A stretch of DNA of 64,000 nt from Eledone cirrhosa (lineage: Eukaryota). The DNA is taken from NCBI GenBank assembly GCA_964016885.1, contig OZ024742.1, positions 355,012,001-355,076,000 of the forward strand, read 5' to 3'. The first letter of the stretch is position 1. Every line of letters starts with the position of its first letter. Below, piece by piece: positions 27,301 to 41,008 of this stretch. Under the pieces are notes generated by a model. It ran no database searches. It was not told the DNA's origin and saw only the letters and a program-made list of their open reading frames with translations. The translations under genes and the position numbers were made by a program.

Positions 27301-27910
27301 ACACACACACAAAATATATATATTCTCTCCATCTTAACATACTCCCTACCCACACACATACACAACTACGCCCCCCCCCTGTTCACGTGACAGCCATAAT
27401 TTCCTTTGTAACCAATCAAATTACATTTATAAAAAAAATCCTTCGTGCGCCCCTTCTTTTTAAGTAAAAAGGAATTCAAACAAACTGGCGCGAAAGCTAA
27501 TGTGCATCAGCCTACCAAACTTCACTCATATATGAAAAAACAACGAGAGCCCCCCCCCCCCCCCACACCTCCTGTTTGAAGAACTTTGTAACACGAACTG
27601 GCGCGAAATGTATTATACTTATTGACCAACGAATGAAATTACTTCTCTAAAAACCTAGTATTTAGAGCCATTTTTTCCATATAAAACAAGTAGCATTCTA
27701 AGACTAACCAGATGTGAGAAAAACCACAGACCCTCAATCTAAACTCTAATTCTGAAAAGCAGAAGAACTGCGAAACGGGTAACAGAGCCAAATAAATATA
27801 AATATATTTTTTTTTAAATAAGACTCCAGTTTCATTTTTGTTTCATCTTTTTTCTTTATACTTTCAATCGTGTAGGACACCTCGGTTATTTTTCGTAAAA
27901 AAAACCTTAC

Positions 27911-27917
<7 letters not shown>
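24320..27917 (+). mobile_element. Near full-length decayed Neptune-like PLE with 3' pLTR
   Basis: IINLS, KQADKG, LYGLPKIHK, SFDVVNLYT, APSYANL, WKRYLDD, LPFLD, KCGRSNCGTC, YIGQT, KYRPALN, with many frameshifts. Decayed HHR near 27745-27790. Confidence 0.9.
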
Positions 27918-27940
<23 letters not shown>

Positions 27941-27941
<1 letters not shown>

Positions 27942-30900
27942 CATGGAAAGTTATATTTAAATTGTTGGGTTAACAACGAGTAAATATTTATAACTGATAT
28001 AAAAGCACTCAACAAGTATTTGGAGTATATTTATGATATTAAATAAATGGAAACTATATTTATAAAACCATATTTATTTCGTTATATATATTTCAGGGAT
28101 ATCATATTAACAATATGTTATGCCATCTTCAGACAAAATACAATATAAACAGTCTTATAAATAAATAGATACGACATACCTTTCAATCACCTTGCATTTG
28201 TGAGGTTGATTTGGCAGTAAAAAATATTGTGGACAGTTGTAAAAAGAAAGAGATAAAGAGGGAAAGAAAGAGAAACGAAGAAAAAGAAGAAATGTATGTG
28301 ACTAAATAGAGGGATATAGAAAGATAGATAAAGAGAAGAACTTCATGTAAAGAAACAGAGAGAAATATATATAGAGAGAGGAAAAAAGAAAGAGATAGAT
28401 AGAGATAGATAGAGAAATTAGGAAGTTGAGTATCGGTTGATACATTTATTTATTTATTTATTTATTTATTTACCTCTAGTATTAATGTAAAGAGAGATGT
28501 ATGTATTTAAGAGAGAAAATAGCCGTTTTACAGAGAGAAAAAAGAGAAAACGAAAAAGAGAAAATGAAACATAACCAGACATAAACGATGCAGAATTTAA
28601 AACCGCTATGTTTTATCCGTAGAAAATATTAGTTCGTATAAAACAGGCATTATAATGTAAGTACCAGTATTCATGAATGAGACATGTATCTATAATGTGT
28701 GAGAAGTAATGATCTTATGTCTAGTTTTTTAAAATTCATATGTTTATATCATAATTATAAACAAACTCCCAATTCACACGAAAACATTCTCATTGTGCTA
28801 TAAAAATTCAAATATACATATATGTGTGTATATATACACATATAAATAGAGTCTATATTAATTTTAACAATACTATTCTTGTCTTTATTCTACATGATTG
28901 TCGATCAAGCAGAAATAGAGAACAGATTTCAATATATTAATAAAAATAAAAATAAAAATAAAAATATCAGAGACAAGGAAATAAATAAATAAACAGAAAA
29001 CTAAAACATTTAATATTAAAAATAAAAAATATTACAAAATATTAAAAAATATTAAAAAATAATACAAATAAAACACAGAGATAAGCCTTTCAAAGTTAAT
29101 TGACAATATATTGCCAAGATCATCATAAGCCTCAGAGTCGAAACAGATAAAACAAAAGTTGTTTACCAAATCCTGTCTAGCAGAAATCATTCCAAAAGTT
29201 TAGGATACCCATTTGGTCTACATATGTTCTTATATATAATATAAAAGTTTATCTAGTTTAAAATTTAATTCGATATATTTGGAGCATCAGCTTTTAGGGT
29301 AGTTTAATTATTCATGAAGAATGTTTTAATAAAAAGAATGTTTTAATAAAAAGAAGAAATCGAAAGATTTATCGGCTAGTTTCATAAATAATTACAAATC
29401 AAATCAAAACAAACATAACTACATTTTAAATTTAAATTTATATTTAAAAGTTGAGTTCAATCTATGTCTGCAGCAACTGAATAAATTTGTCCGTAGATTA
29501 AGGGAATTTTTAGATTTTAGTATAAAGAACATCTCCTCCGCACAGAGGTCACATGTCTCAGAGGATGAATTAAAAGGAATCCCCCTTGAAACTATATTCC
29601 AAGTCGTCGAATATCTAACGTTATCAAGCCTAAGTTGCCAGAGTACGCCTGATAGTGCTGTTGAAGATTTTTTGGATGGATCTGTGAAAGAATTATTGTG
29701 GTTGTTATAGCGAAGTTTAAATTCCGTCGATGTAGAACCAACGTAGTTAAAAGAATTAATGTCCGTTTTAACATTACAGTTGTATATTATATTTTTAACT
29801 AAGCAGTTGTTATTTAACGGACATTTAGATCTATCTCTACAGTTACATTTGTTAACTTGGATATTATTTATGGTATTATCGCTATGTTTTAAGTTCCTGT
29901 TATTTATTCTATTAATATTTTGCGCTAAATTTTTGGTGGATGAGTAGGTTAGTTTTATAGTATGTCTATTGAAAATTGAGTGATACCTATGTGTTCTAGG
30001 GAAGCGATTATCGAGAGCTTTAAAAAATAGTTTAGCAATGTGGGTTTTAATGTTTAGTGAGAAAGGGGGGGGGGGGCAAACCATATTATATTCCTAGTTC
30101 TATTTCTTTTATGGCTTTTGGAATTATTGTAATGCTTTCTATTATAGTTGTTAAGGTTGTGGCCATAATTAAAATAGTTGTTATTTTGTTTAATTTGTTT
30201 ATCATTATCTATGTACATAATTTTATCACTATATCCTGCTCTAGCTAACGCTTCTTTGTAATAATGGGCTTTTTCGTCGAAAATCTTTTTATTAGATGAG
30301 ATTCTAGAGATACGTGATTGAACAGAGTTTACTATAGTATTTTTAACAGATTTGGGGTGGTTAGAGTTAAAGCTGACATAGTTTAAGTTTTCATTCAACT
30401 TGTGAAATGGATAGTGAAGACATGTGTTGAGATTTAATGTTATATCTAGGAAGTTGACTATTCTATGGTTATTCTCAATTTCTATTTTTAGATTAAAGTG
30501 ATTAAAAAATTGTGTAATTTGTTTTCTTTTTCTATTTAGTTCAGAGTTATTATTATCAATAAGTAAAAGCATGTCATCTCTATATAAACCTCCGGTAGTA
30601 CCAGGTATTTTCCTATGCAGCGAATTGATTAAAAATAAGCCCACAAGGTCAGTTACCTGAGCTGAGTCGGATGATCCCATAGTAATGTCAAAATTGTTAT
30701 CTCTATCTGCTCGGGTCCATAGTTGGTCATTAAATTCTATCAATGTTTTCCTAGCCGATAATATAATGTGCATTTCATTGCTAGTTAGGTCTGTATGTTT
30801 GAATGCGTAATGTAGTGCCTTATTTAGTAGATTAGGGGTAATGGAAGAATAATAGTTAGCAATATCAAGTTGAATAAACTTATTATTATTGTTATATTTA

Positions 30901-31701
30901 ATTTGCTTAAACCACTCAACAACCTCACCAGTTCCCTTCCACAAGCTCAGGTTAGGTAAACAACTCAAGTTTTTAATTTGCTGTATCACCCTGTCAAGAA
31001 TGTTTTTGCTTAGTTTACCCATGTCCGATTTTGATGGTGCAATCAATCTGACTGGCAAGTCATTCTCGAAATTTCTCTTATGATCTTTCATATTGATCTT
31101 CGGTTTCCTGGGCACGAAAGGTTGTGTTCTGTTCTCGATTTCCAACTCGTGCATTATACAAGATGCCTCAACATTCATTTTCTCTAGCTCGGCCTTATCT
31201 GCTACCTTGTACTTTTTCCTCAGTTATTTTAGTATGAGGCCATTATACATGTCTTTCTGCACTCCATAGAGGTTGTTGGTCTTGTCAGATGTTACCAAGA
31301 TCTTCTCAGTTTGCTCCAGGTTCTCAATAGTATCCCTAATGCCTTTCAGATATTCCTGGCCTTTGAAGTTTCCCTTTGAAGTGACTCCTTGTATGATAGA
31401 AATTATATCGTTTTCAAAGTCAGATAAAAGTTTGTTGGGAGGTGGATTTCTTTTGGATTTGAAAACTTTGTTTAAGTCCGAGACATTTTCATTTATATTA
31501 GATTTATCAAAGTGGAATGCTCGCCACCTGATTCTCCTTATAAAAGAGTCAGATTTATCTATTAATTGTTTTATAAAGTCTTTGTTTCTAGGTAGAGGTA
31601 TGTCTTTTAAAGAGGAAGTAATCTTAAAGAATTCCATTTTTTCAGTTATAATATAAAGCGCTCAACAGTATTGGAGCAAGATACATGGAAAGTTATATTT
31701 A
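27941..31701 (-). mobile_element. Full-length GLYRDD-type PLE monomer; older relative of the 53549-64000 family
   Basis: ORF 31637-29419 is broken by a stop at 31224 and a poly-G frameshift near 30065. 'acatggaaagttatatttaaa' is repeated at both ends. Confidence 0.92.
28075..28140 (-). ncRNA. Minimal type I HHR
   Basis: tattttgt-CTGAAGA-...catatt gtt aatatg...-GAAA-tatata-TA-acgaaata. Confidence 0.75.
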
Positions 31702-31704
31702 AAT

Positions 31705-32175
31705 ATATAATATATAAGATCAAAAGATGGTTAAAGGAGTTCCATGTATTTTATTATGCGCATTTCAAAAACAAACATCATCATGCAATAATATTTGTGT
31801 TTTCATCAGATAAAACAGGAGAACATGATATGAAGGCTAAAAAACACTTGTGGATAGTGCAGTTTTAAATCAACATATGAAAAGTGGTTTTAGATTGATG
31901 TGTGATATTGGGAAAAATATTTTATTTAGAGAGGGGGGTGGAAAGGATGAAAAAGGGGAGGAGATGAGAGTGAAGGTGGAGAGGGAGAGATGGGTGATAG
32001 AGAGAAAAAGATAGTTTTTATAACTGAGAGAAGATATATTGTTTTACATAGAGAGGTTGAAAACCGTTGGAAGATAATGTATAAATTAAAAGAATTTGAA
32101 AATTAACGAAGGGAAAAATATGTACGAGGAAAAAATATTTTATTTAGGGAGGGGGTTGGAAAGGATGAAAAAAGG
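31705..32175 (-). mobile_element. pLTR/3' UTR fragment of the 16668-18790 family, with HHR at 31747-31817
   Basis: Colinear with 16668-17100; tgttttat-CTGATGA...GAAA-tgcgca-TA-ataaaata. Confidence 0.8.
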
Positions 32176-33577
32176 TGTGTGTGTGTGTTTAAGCAGTGTA
32201 ACGTAGTGGTTCAACTAACAATATTATAAAATAAGTACTAAACCTAGAGAAAATAAATATCTTTTACGGTCGATGTGATAGACTGAACCAAGTGACTGCT
32301 TCAACATGGTCGTTGTCACGAGGCAAGTTAAAATGTAACAAGAATAACTGAGGGTGATTGAGAACAATGAGTTGAAACATAACTGGGAAAATGTTAGGCC
32401 CTTGTTTAATCTTTATATCTGTTAAACATAAACATCTCTTAGACATAAACATCTTATGTCAAATATATTTTAGAGATAGGAGTTATTCAATGATGGAGAT
32501 ATTTAAAAACAAGATGAGAACATAATTAAATAATGAAGAAAATAAGGGAGAAAGGGTAAAGAAGAGGAGATCTGGTTTTACATGGAAGTAGGGGAAAGGC
32601 TATAATTACAATAAATATTAAGAAAAAGGGTGAAATAACAAGGACAACGAGGCAAAAGAGAAGACAATAAAGGTATCCCTTCTTTGATGATGTGTTCAAG
32701 TTAATACGAATGTTTAATGATCTAGGCTCAAGGTAAGAGGGTATTATTAGGGAATTTAGATTAAAATACTATTACTGCATTGCTGCCAGTTTTAGTCCAG
32801 TAATATGATGCGATTCTAGAAAGATTAACAGAATATATTTCTAGAAATAGAAAATAGGGAATATATGTCTACAAATAGAAAGAAACACGCATCATCTGAG
32901 GACATTACCAGATCAGGAAGACAAATATATTATCCTGGAACAATGACAGGATACGTTGTATTGGCTAAACGTGCTATTTGAACGTAGATAGATTGTAGTA
33001 TCTGTAGAGGGTCTGATACCATGCTTTTCAGCAAATGGTTACGGCCCTTTATGGTCTGAGTTCAAATTCAGCCGAGGTTAACAATTATGTTTCGTGCTCT
33101 ACCGATTCTCCAAAATCCTTCACATTTCTCAACAGCAATAAAAAACAATGCTTTTTAAGATAGACGATGGCGTCGCAACGTTTCTGTGAGTGCGTGGTCG
33201 ATTAAATTGATAGCTGTAATATATTGGTATAACTCTATCGACAACAAATCGATGAATGGCAAATGAGACCTCATTAGGATTGTAACGCAGGACATAAAAA
33301 GATGTATCCGCCGATATTACTTATATCTACCTAGATTCTTAGTAATGATAATAATACTTGGGTAAGCGCTTGTAGATATTCTCATGAAATAAAACAGACA
33401 TGGATAACTATATTCAAGCATGTGGTTCGTAATAAGGCGGGACGCATTACTAAAGAACTGAAGGCAATTTTGAAATTAGGCGTGCCATTCAGAAAGTGAA
33501 ACAGGTCGCATGTGCTCGTGTGCAGTAGTTTGCCCATGACTTAATTAAACACACCAATATATGTAGCCTTTGTATGT

Positions 33578-33662
<85 letters not shown>

Positions 33663-34052
33663 GTGTGTGTGTGTGTGTACGTATGTGTGGTGTGAATGTA
33701 TGTGTGCATGTATGTATGTATGTATGTGAAAAGCCATAGATCTTGGTGAAATCTTAGAGACACAACATAAACATTAGAAACGTGGTGAAGCCCACATTTC
33801 CAGGCACGATGCTACCCGATTTCTTCCAGAGATTGTAATAGTAAGGAAGTGGGAAAGAGATATAGAGTAAGAAGCGATCCCAGTATTCTACAGGTCCTTT
33901 ATCGATAGAGAGAATGGAAAGAATGAAAAATAGCTAATGCTATATGTTTCTATATTCACCTCCTACATTTGGGGACTTTAATGTATTATATTAAAGTGAC
34001 CCCTCCAACAATAAATGTGCGCAATATTGATATTAGATAAGGATTGTCAGAA

Positions 34053-34192
34053 GGCACATGGCTTAGTGGTTAGAGCATTGGGCTTGCAATCGAAAGGTTG
34101 TGAGTTCAATTCTCGGACCGGGTGATGTGTTGTTTCCTTGAGCAAGACACTTTATTTCACGTTGCTCCAGTTTATTTAGCTGTAGAAATAAG
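34053..34192 (+). mobile_element. tRNA-derived SINE (decayed)
   Basis: A box TGGCTTAGTGG, B box GAGTTCAATTC, followed by a 'ccttgagcaagacactt' conserved SINE body motif. Confidence 0.75.
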
Positions 34193-34364
34193 GGGATAGG
34201 AATTGGGTCCCTATCATTAAATCACCCAAGATACCCCCAACGAGATATACCTTGGGGGAGGTCAGCTAAACCTGCATAGGTTGTGAGCTGTAACAACAAC
34301 AACAACATTATCAGAAGTAGTCGATCGTCAGATAACGTGCCATTGTGTTATTTGTTCTGGCTCT

Positions 34365-34445
34365 TTATAATCTGAGTTCAAATCCCGTCAAGATCCACTT
34401 AATATTTTCTCCTTCGCCGGTCGATTTAAATAAAGTACCATTCAC
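34365..34445 (+). mobile_element. Decayed SINE, family with 'tctgagttcaaat.cc..c.agg' motif
   Basis: B-box motif plus 'ggtcgat...aaagtacca'; relatives at ~33055, 35430-35530 (-), 35950-36090 (-) and 37762-37945. Confidence 0.55.
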
Positions 34446-35429
34446 GTTTTAGGTTTGTGTGAATAAACTTTGCCCTTTCGCCCAATTTGCTAGAATTTAC
34501 ATAGCGTAGAAATCAATATGAAACATTAGATACAAAAAAAGCCATGTATTCCTGTTTTCCTTAAACTACTAATTATCGGTGATAAATTCTATTGGACCTT
34601 TAAAAAAATTCTAGAAAGCGATACAGCTTTGAATCATTAATTCATCAGGAATGTTTCATATATATGTATTCGATTCGATATGTAATATACTGAAAACAGC
34701 CAGCAGCTTGTATTCGATCATACAAAAACGAAAATTAAACCTTGACGTTTTAGAAAAAAAAAGTATATTTTCCTAATTGAAGTATACATTTTCTTGTCCC
34801 ATGCTTCGTAATTTTCCCGTATGGACATCTAATTCAATGATCTATTATGCATATATATATATATACGGTGTACTGTAAAACTACTACCACATTTTCTGGG
34901 TTATTGGTGAGGTTTTATCATTACGGCAGCCATGTACATATGATGGACCTGTGTCATACGGCGCCAATGCAATTTATTATTCATCGTTTCCTACATGTAA
35001 AGGCAGATTTGTGTGAAGCCGACGTAAATGGAGCAGAAGGGGAAGAAAGAAGCACAAAACATCAGAAAAGGAAAAACAAGAAAGAATTAGTGTAGTAACT
35101 TGTTCCTTGGCGGAACTGTTAGAACGACGGGAACCACGACATTGGCGACAACATCAACATTAATATTGATAGAACCAACCTTTTTCGGTTTAAATTATTT
35201 TTTTCGTTTGGCGCCTTTTCAATTTTTCTGATTTGCTCTAACCGCCTTTATACAGTGAATAACAATTTCCCTATTTGTTATATATACATTCATAGAGAGA
35301 TGATCAATTTCCAAACATCTTTTTCCTTGAAGATGTTTATGAATTTTGGATGAATAAACCCTACACAGACAAAAACAAAATATTGATTTCTGATTAAGTT
35401 ACAACGCGAGAAAATTTGATGGGAGAGGA

Positions 35430-35530
35430 TGTCGATTACATCGATCCCAATGCGTGGCTGGTACTGTATCTTAGTGGCCGCGAAATGATGAAACGTAAAG
35501 CTAACCTCGGTGGGATTTGAACTCAGAATA
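35430..35530 (-). mobile_element. Decayed SINE (same family as 37762-37945)
   Basis: Reverse complement reads ttctgagttcaaatcccaccgaggttagcttt..tttcatc...gtaccag. Confidence 0.65.
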
Positions 35531-35949
35531 GAAATATGTTGTAGCTATATGCCTCAAAACATGTTGACAGAGTTTCCACCTAAATTACCAATCCCCCACC
35601 CTGAAATAAACTAGAGCAACATACTAATTGCTAATCTAAGTCTGTAACTTGTAATGAGAGGAAATATATAATATATCGACCCCAATATTTCAATAGTTAC
35701 TTTATTATATCAAACCCGGATGGATGAATGACGAATTTGGCAAATCATTTTATTTGACACACCAACGTTTCTACCAATCAACTGCTCAATACACATAATA
35801 CGGCCCTCTTAATGTATGACATTTTAAATGTAATCTCCTCAATTCAGAGAACTGAATTGATTATCTATTATTTTAATTAATATTAGAACATATCGGCTGA
35901 AATACTGCAGGAAGCAGTAATTGTAGACAGAGACATATATACAAAGTAT

Positions 35950-36095
35950 TGAAATTGACATCGCTTATAAACCCCGTAAGGATGAAAAGAAAATCTAACT
36001 TCGACGGGATTTGAACTTCAACGGAAACGACTTAAACGCAATGCCATAAATCATGTTGTTCGACGCTCTACGGTTTCTGCCAATCAACTGCCCTG
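35950..36095 (-). mobile_element. Decayed SINE (same family)
   Basis: Reverse complement reads ttggcagaaaccgtagagcgtcg...gttcaaatcccgtcgaagttagattttcttttcatccttacgggg. Confidence 0.65.
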
Positions 36096-36346
36096 AAGAT
36101 AATTACAAAATAATAAAATATAGGAGAAATTAATTTTGAGTGGTTTACTAAAAAGAAGAAAAAATTAATCCTGTGATTTCCATGTCACTGATCAGAACAA
36201 TATCGCTTATCTGTTAGACACGCAGTGACTAACAACAGAATGTTTTAAGTCTGCGGGTCTGACATATATGCGTAACTTGTGAATAAACATTTCAAGGGGT
36301 GACGCTGGCCATGTTGATGATCGGTGCCAAACATATTTTGTAATGT

Positions 36347-36518
36347 ATCGTCTTATTGGCTAATTTCATCGTCTTATTGGCTAATCAACCAACGAGAGTA
36401 ATTGTTGCTGAAAAGCATCAGCCATTTTGTTTGCACGTTTATTTATCATTTCGCTTTCGAATCTTCCTCCTGTATTTCGTCGTTTATCATCAAAATATTT
36501 GTTCTCGTTTTGGTAAGT
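36347..36518 (+). promoter_or_regulatory. Candidate Pol II promoter / non-coding first exon
   Basis: Duplicated ATCGTCTTATTGGCTAAT (two reverse CCAAT boxes), GCCATTTT (YY1-like) at 36421, relatively CpG-rich, and donor G|GTAAGT at 36512/36513. Confidence 0.35.
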
Positions 36519-36959
36519 TATATTGTTAATTTATATATGATTTTTAAATTTATATTCACTATTTTTTTCAGTTCGTTATAACATGCTTATATTATTGGTT
36601 GTATCATATTTACTTGTATATCTGTCCATATTATTGTTCGTTTTATGTTAGATTAATTTATTATTATGATGTTAGATTATTTTTTTATTATTATGTTAGA
36701 CTAATTGTATGTAATATTTAATTTGTATTAATTCAACTATAACAATTATCATGTAAAATATATTAATTTAATATTGTTGTTTTTTGTAGTTGTTTATATT
36801 AAAGTCTGAAAATATTTATATACATCTTACAATAATATTTATAAGATCATTTATAAAATAACAAGTATATAATCTACTTACATTACAACGATAATTTATT
36901 ATTAATATATATTATGTTTAACTAGACTTATTACAGGCGTTGCCTTGAAAATATATTAA

Positions 36960-37390
36960 ACTAGACCTGAATACTACGCAAGCTCAAAAGAGCCACAGAA
37001 TGTTATAATAAACCTTCAAAAGTGTGGGACTAGACTTGTTGCTCAAAAGTATTGTAATCATTATCTATCGTACACACTGTGGCATCCTTTTATAAATTAG
37101 AGACTGTTAACGAACTCAAGGCTACACGATAATTATTTAAGTGAATTTATAATATAGTATTCGGTTAAAGTGCAACTCGTATTAATCATTACTAAACATC
37201 TAATATGACATATTGAACATTATCTTAAATGATTATCGTGTCGTCTTGAGTTCATTATGAGTCTCTTTTTTATAAAAGGATGCCACATAATGATTACAAT
37301 ATTTTTTAGCAACAACTCTAGTCCCACACTTTTGAAGGTTTATTATAACATTCTGTGGCTCTTTGAGCTTGCGCATTTTTCAGGTCTAGT
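36960..37390. mobile_element. MITE-like fold-back element (arms ~36960-37141 and ~37224-37390)
   Basis: Long imperfect inverted arms starting actagacctgaa and ending ttcaggtctagt. Not in (TA)n; no HHR seen. Confidence 0.7.
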
Positions 37391-37761
37391 GAACGATTTG
37401 TTTTTGTATATGAAATTAGGTTAACAGATGCAATAGTTATTCCGATAGCCTCTTAATTCTTTCCCTGAGATAATGTCATAGGGTTTTGTTTTAGATCAAA
37501 TGGGGAACTTCTATCAATACTATTTTCCCGATGGCAAAATAACTACAGAATAATTTGAAATCGGAACGAAGCGGAACAATTAAATTATTTAAGGCCTTTT
37601 ATCACTATAATTAATTTGTTTTCTCTAACATATCTGAATATAAATATATATTCAAAGTATTGATTACTTTAACTTAGCATTGTCGTATATTTCTGATGAA
37701 ACAAAACCTATTGAAAAGTAGTAGCTTCTTCAGGAACATATGTCTGCCGTACATTATAGTT

Positions 37762-37945
37762 AAGGGTGGTGAATTGGCGGTAGAGAGTTGGACGCCATGA
37801 TTTCCAGAACAGTTACGTCAATGTATGTTCTGAGTTTAAATCCTGCCAAGGTTAACTTTTCCTTTAATCCTTACGGGGTCGATAAAATAAAGTACCAGTA
37901 ATGCACTGGCTAAATACTGGCCTTGTGCCAAAGGTAGAAGTATTT
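37762..37945 (+). mobile_element. tRNA-related SINE, octopus-type
   Basis: aagggtggtgaattggc...ttctgagtttaaatcctgccaaggttaacttttcctttaatccttacggggtcgataaaataaagtaccagt...ggccttgtgcc. Confidence 0.75.
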
Positions 37946-38699
37946 ATAGCTAACTTTAATTTTGTAAATCTATGACGCCCATGTATTGAACATAAAGGCT
38001 TTGTTTTCACACTATTCGCTTTAAGGTTACAGGTCATATTAAATGACTCAGAGGATATTTATATCTTGTTTAGGTTAGCATCTGCAAAAGACAGGTGTTT
38101 CGCCCTGTCGTAGGATAGAAAATATACCCCGCATTTATTCAGTTCATCTAGCTTTCGGGAATTGTATTAGATCATAAATGTTTTTAGAACGCGCTGCAAA
38201 GAACCAGGGGTAATTAATCATCCACTGCAAGACGTTTAAAAAAAGCTAGAATATTTAGACTGAAGCAGTTTACATTTACAAATCTTAACATACTAGCTCA
38301 TAAATTGTTGCAATAACATTTCCAAAACAAGAAAAGCCAACCATCTGCTAAAAACATCATCTTTAAAAGAATGAAGTCTACTACGTTTTCGTTCTTCTTT
38401 TTTCTTGTCTTCAATTGAACATAGCATACATTACAAAGATAGACACCCACAGCAATCATTCTTTCAAATATATTTACGAAACAATCTTAGCTGAGTTTAA
38501 TTTAAAAAAATACATGAAATGTAAAAACCACAAGAGAATAAATGTGTAGACTTAATGATGATATTTATGACGATCATTGAAAATGAATGTATAGATAGGA
38601 AGCATCTCACCAGGTTCCTAAATAATATAAGAAGTTAGTGAATATATTAGTTAAGCATCACGGCATGATATATTCATTTCAATTTCTTTAATTTTTCAG

Positions 38700-38932
38700 T
38701 TTGTCCGTTCAAACATTTAGTGCATTTTCCTCTCTCTGTACACATGCATGTCAATAATATGCTTATGTTCTACTGACTCAATGAGTAACTTATATAACCG
38801 TCATCATAAACCGATACTCTTCGGGATACCACCCTTATATAGATATTCCCAATTAATGCTTTGGTTGTCAATTCGGTGCAATATATTTTGGATCATTGGC
38901 TGGGCTAAAAAGCACCGTTGTTATCGTATGAG
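38700..38932 (+). other. Candidate host exon
   Basis: Pyrimidine-rich acceptor ...tttttCAG at 38699 and donor GAG|GTAAGT at 38932. The frame from ATG 38748 is open to the donor; no recognisable protein. Confidence 0.3.
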
Positions 38933-38969
38933 GTAAGTGTGTGTGTATGTATATGTACATATTGATATG

Positions 38970-40503
<1,534 letters not shown>

Positions 40504-40504
40504 G

Positions 40505-41008
40505 TACAAAGGGGTATTCCCACTGTGAAGGGTTCTAGAGGGATGTCCCGATTTGTGTTATATTAGATCAATGAGTGTGGGGATGTAGTATAAGGTGTGC
40601 CCCTGGTGTTTGATGCTAGAGGTGGTGTCTGGTACAAATCCGACATTGCTATATATTGGGCTTACAGTTTTGGAAGGAATGTCTGAAGCGGTGCTGGCAA
40701 GTTGCAAACACTTCAGATTTGTTGTTAAGTAGGTTACGGTTATAGAAGGTAATAGTGTGGGTCTCTAGTATACAGAGGTTACTACATTTATTAGGTGGTT
40801 TGTACGAAGTCGCGCTACCTATCACTTCCCATTTGAGTGTGTAAGGTTTATTTTTAGTTTTTAGATAGTGTATGTAACTAGATAGTGAGGTGGAGTTGGC
40901 TAGACTGTGCTTTTTGAACGAGTGGATGTGCGAATTATATCTGATTTTGAAGCAGTTAGAAGTAGAGCCTACATAGGTTTCTGAAGAGTTGCTAGTTGTG
41001 ACGGTGAG
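40505..41008 (-). pseudogene. Inverted PLE GIY-YIG endonuclease segment plus start of 3' UTR
   Basis: TYVGSTSNCFKIRYNSH..SF, NLCILE, CQHR. 40505-40617 is the reverse complement of 43412-43524. Confidence 0.85.

Noticed and set aside
34053-34125. Functional tRNA gene
   Set aside because: A/B boxes are present, but the cloverleaf is poor and it continues into a SINE body.
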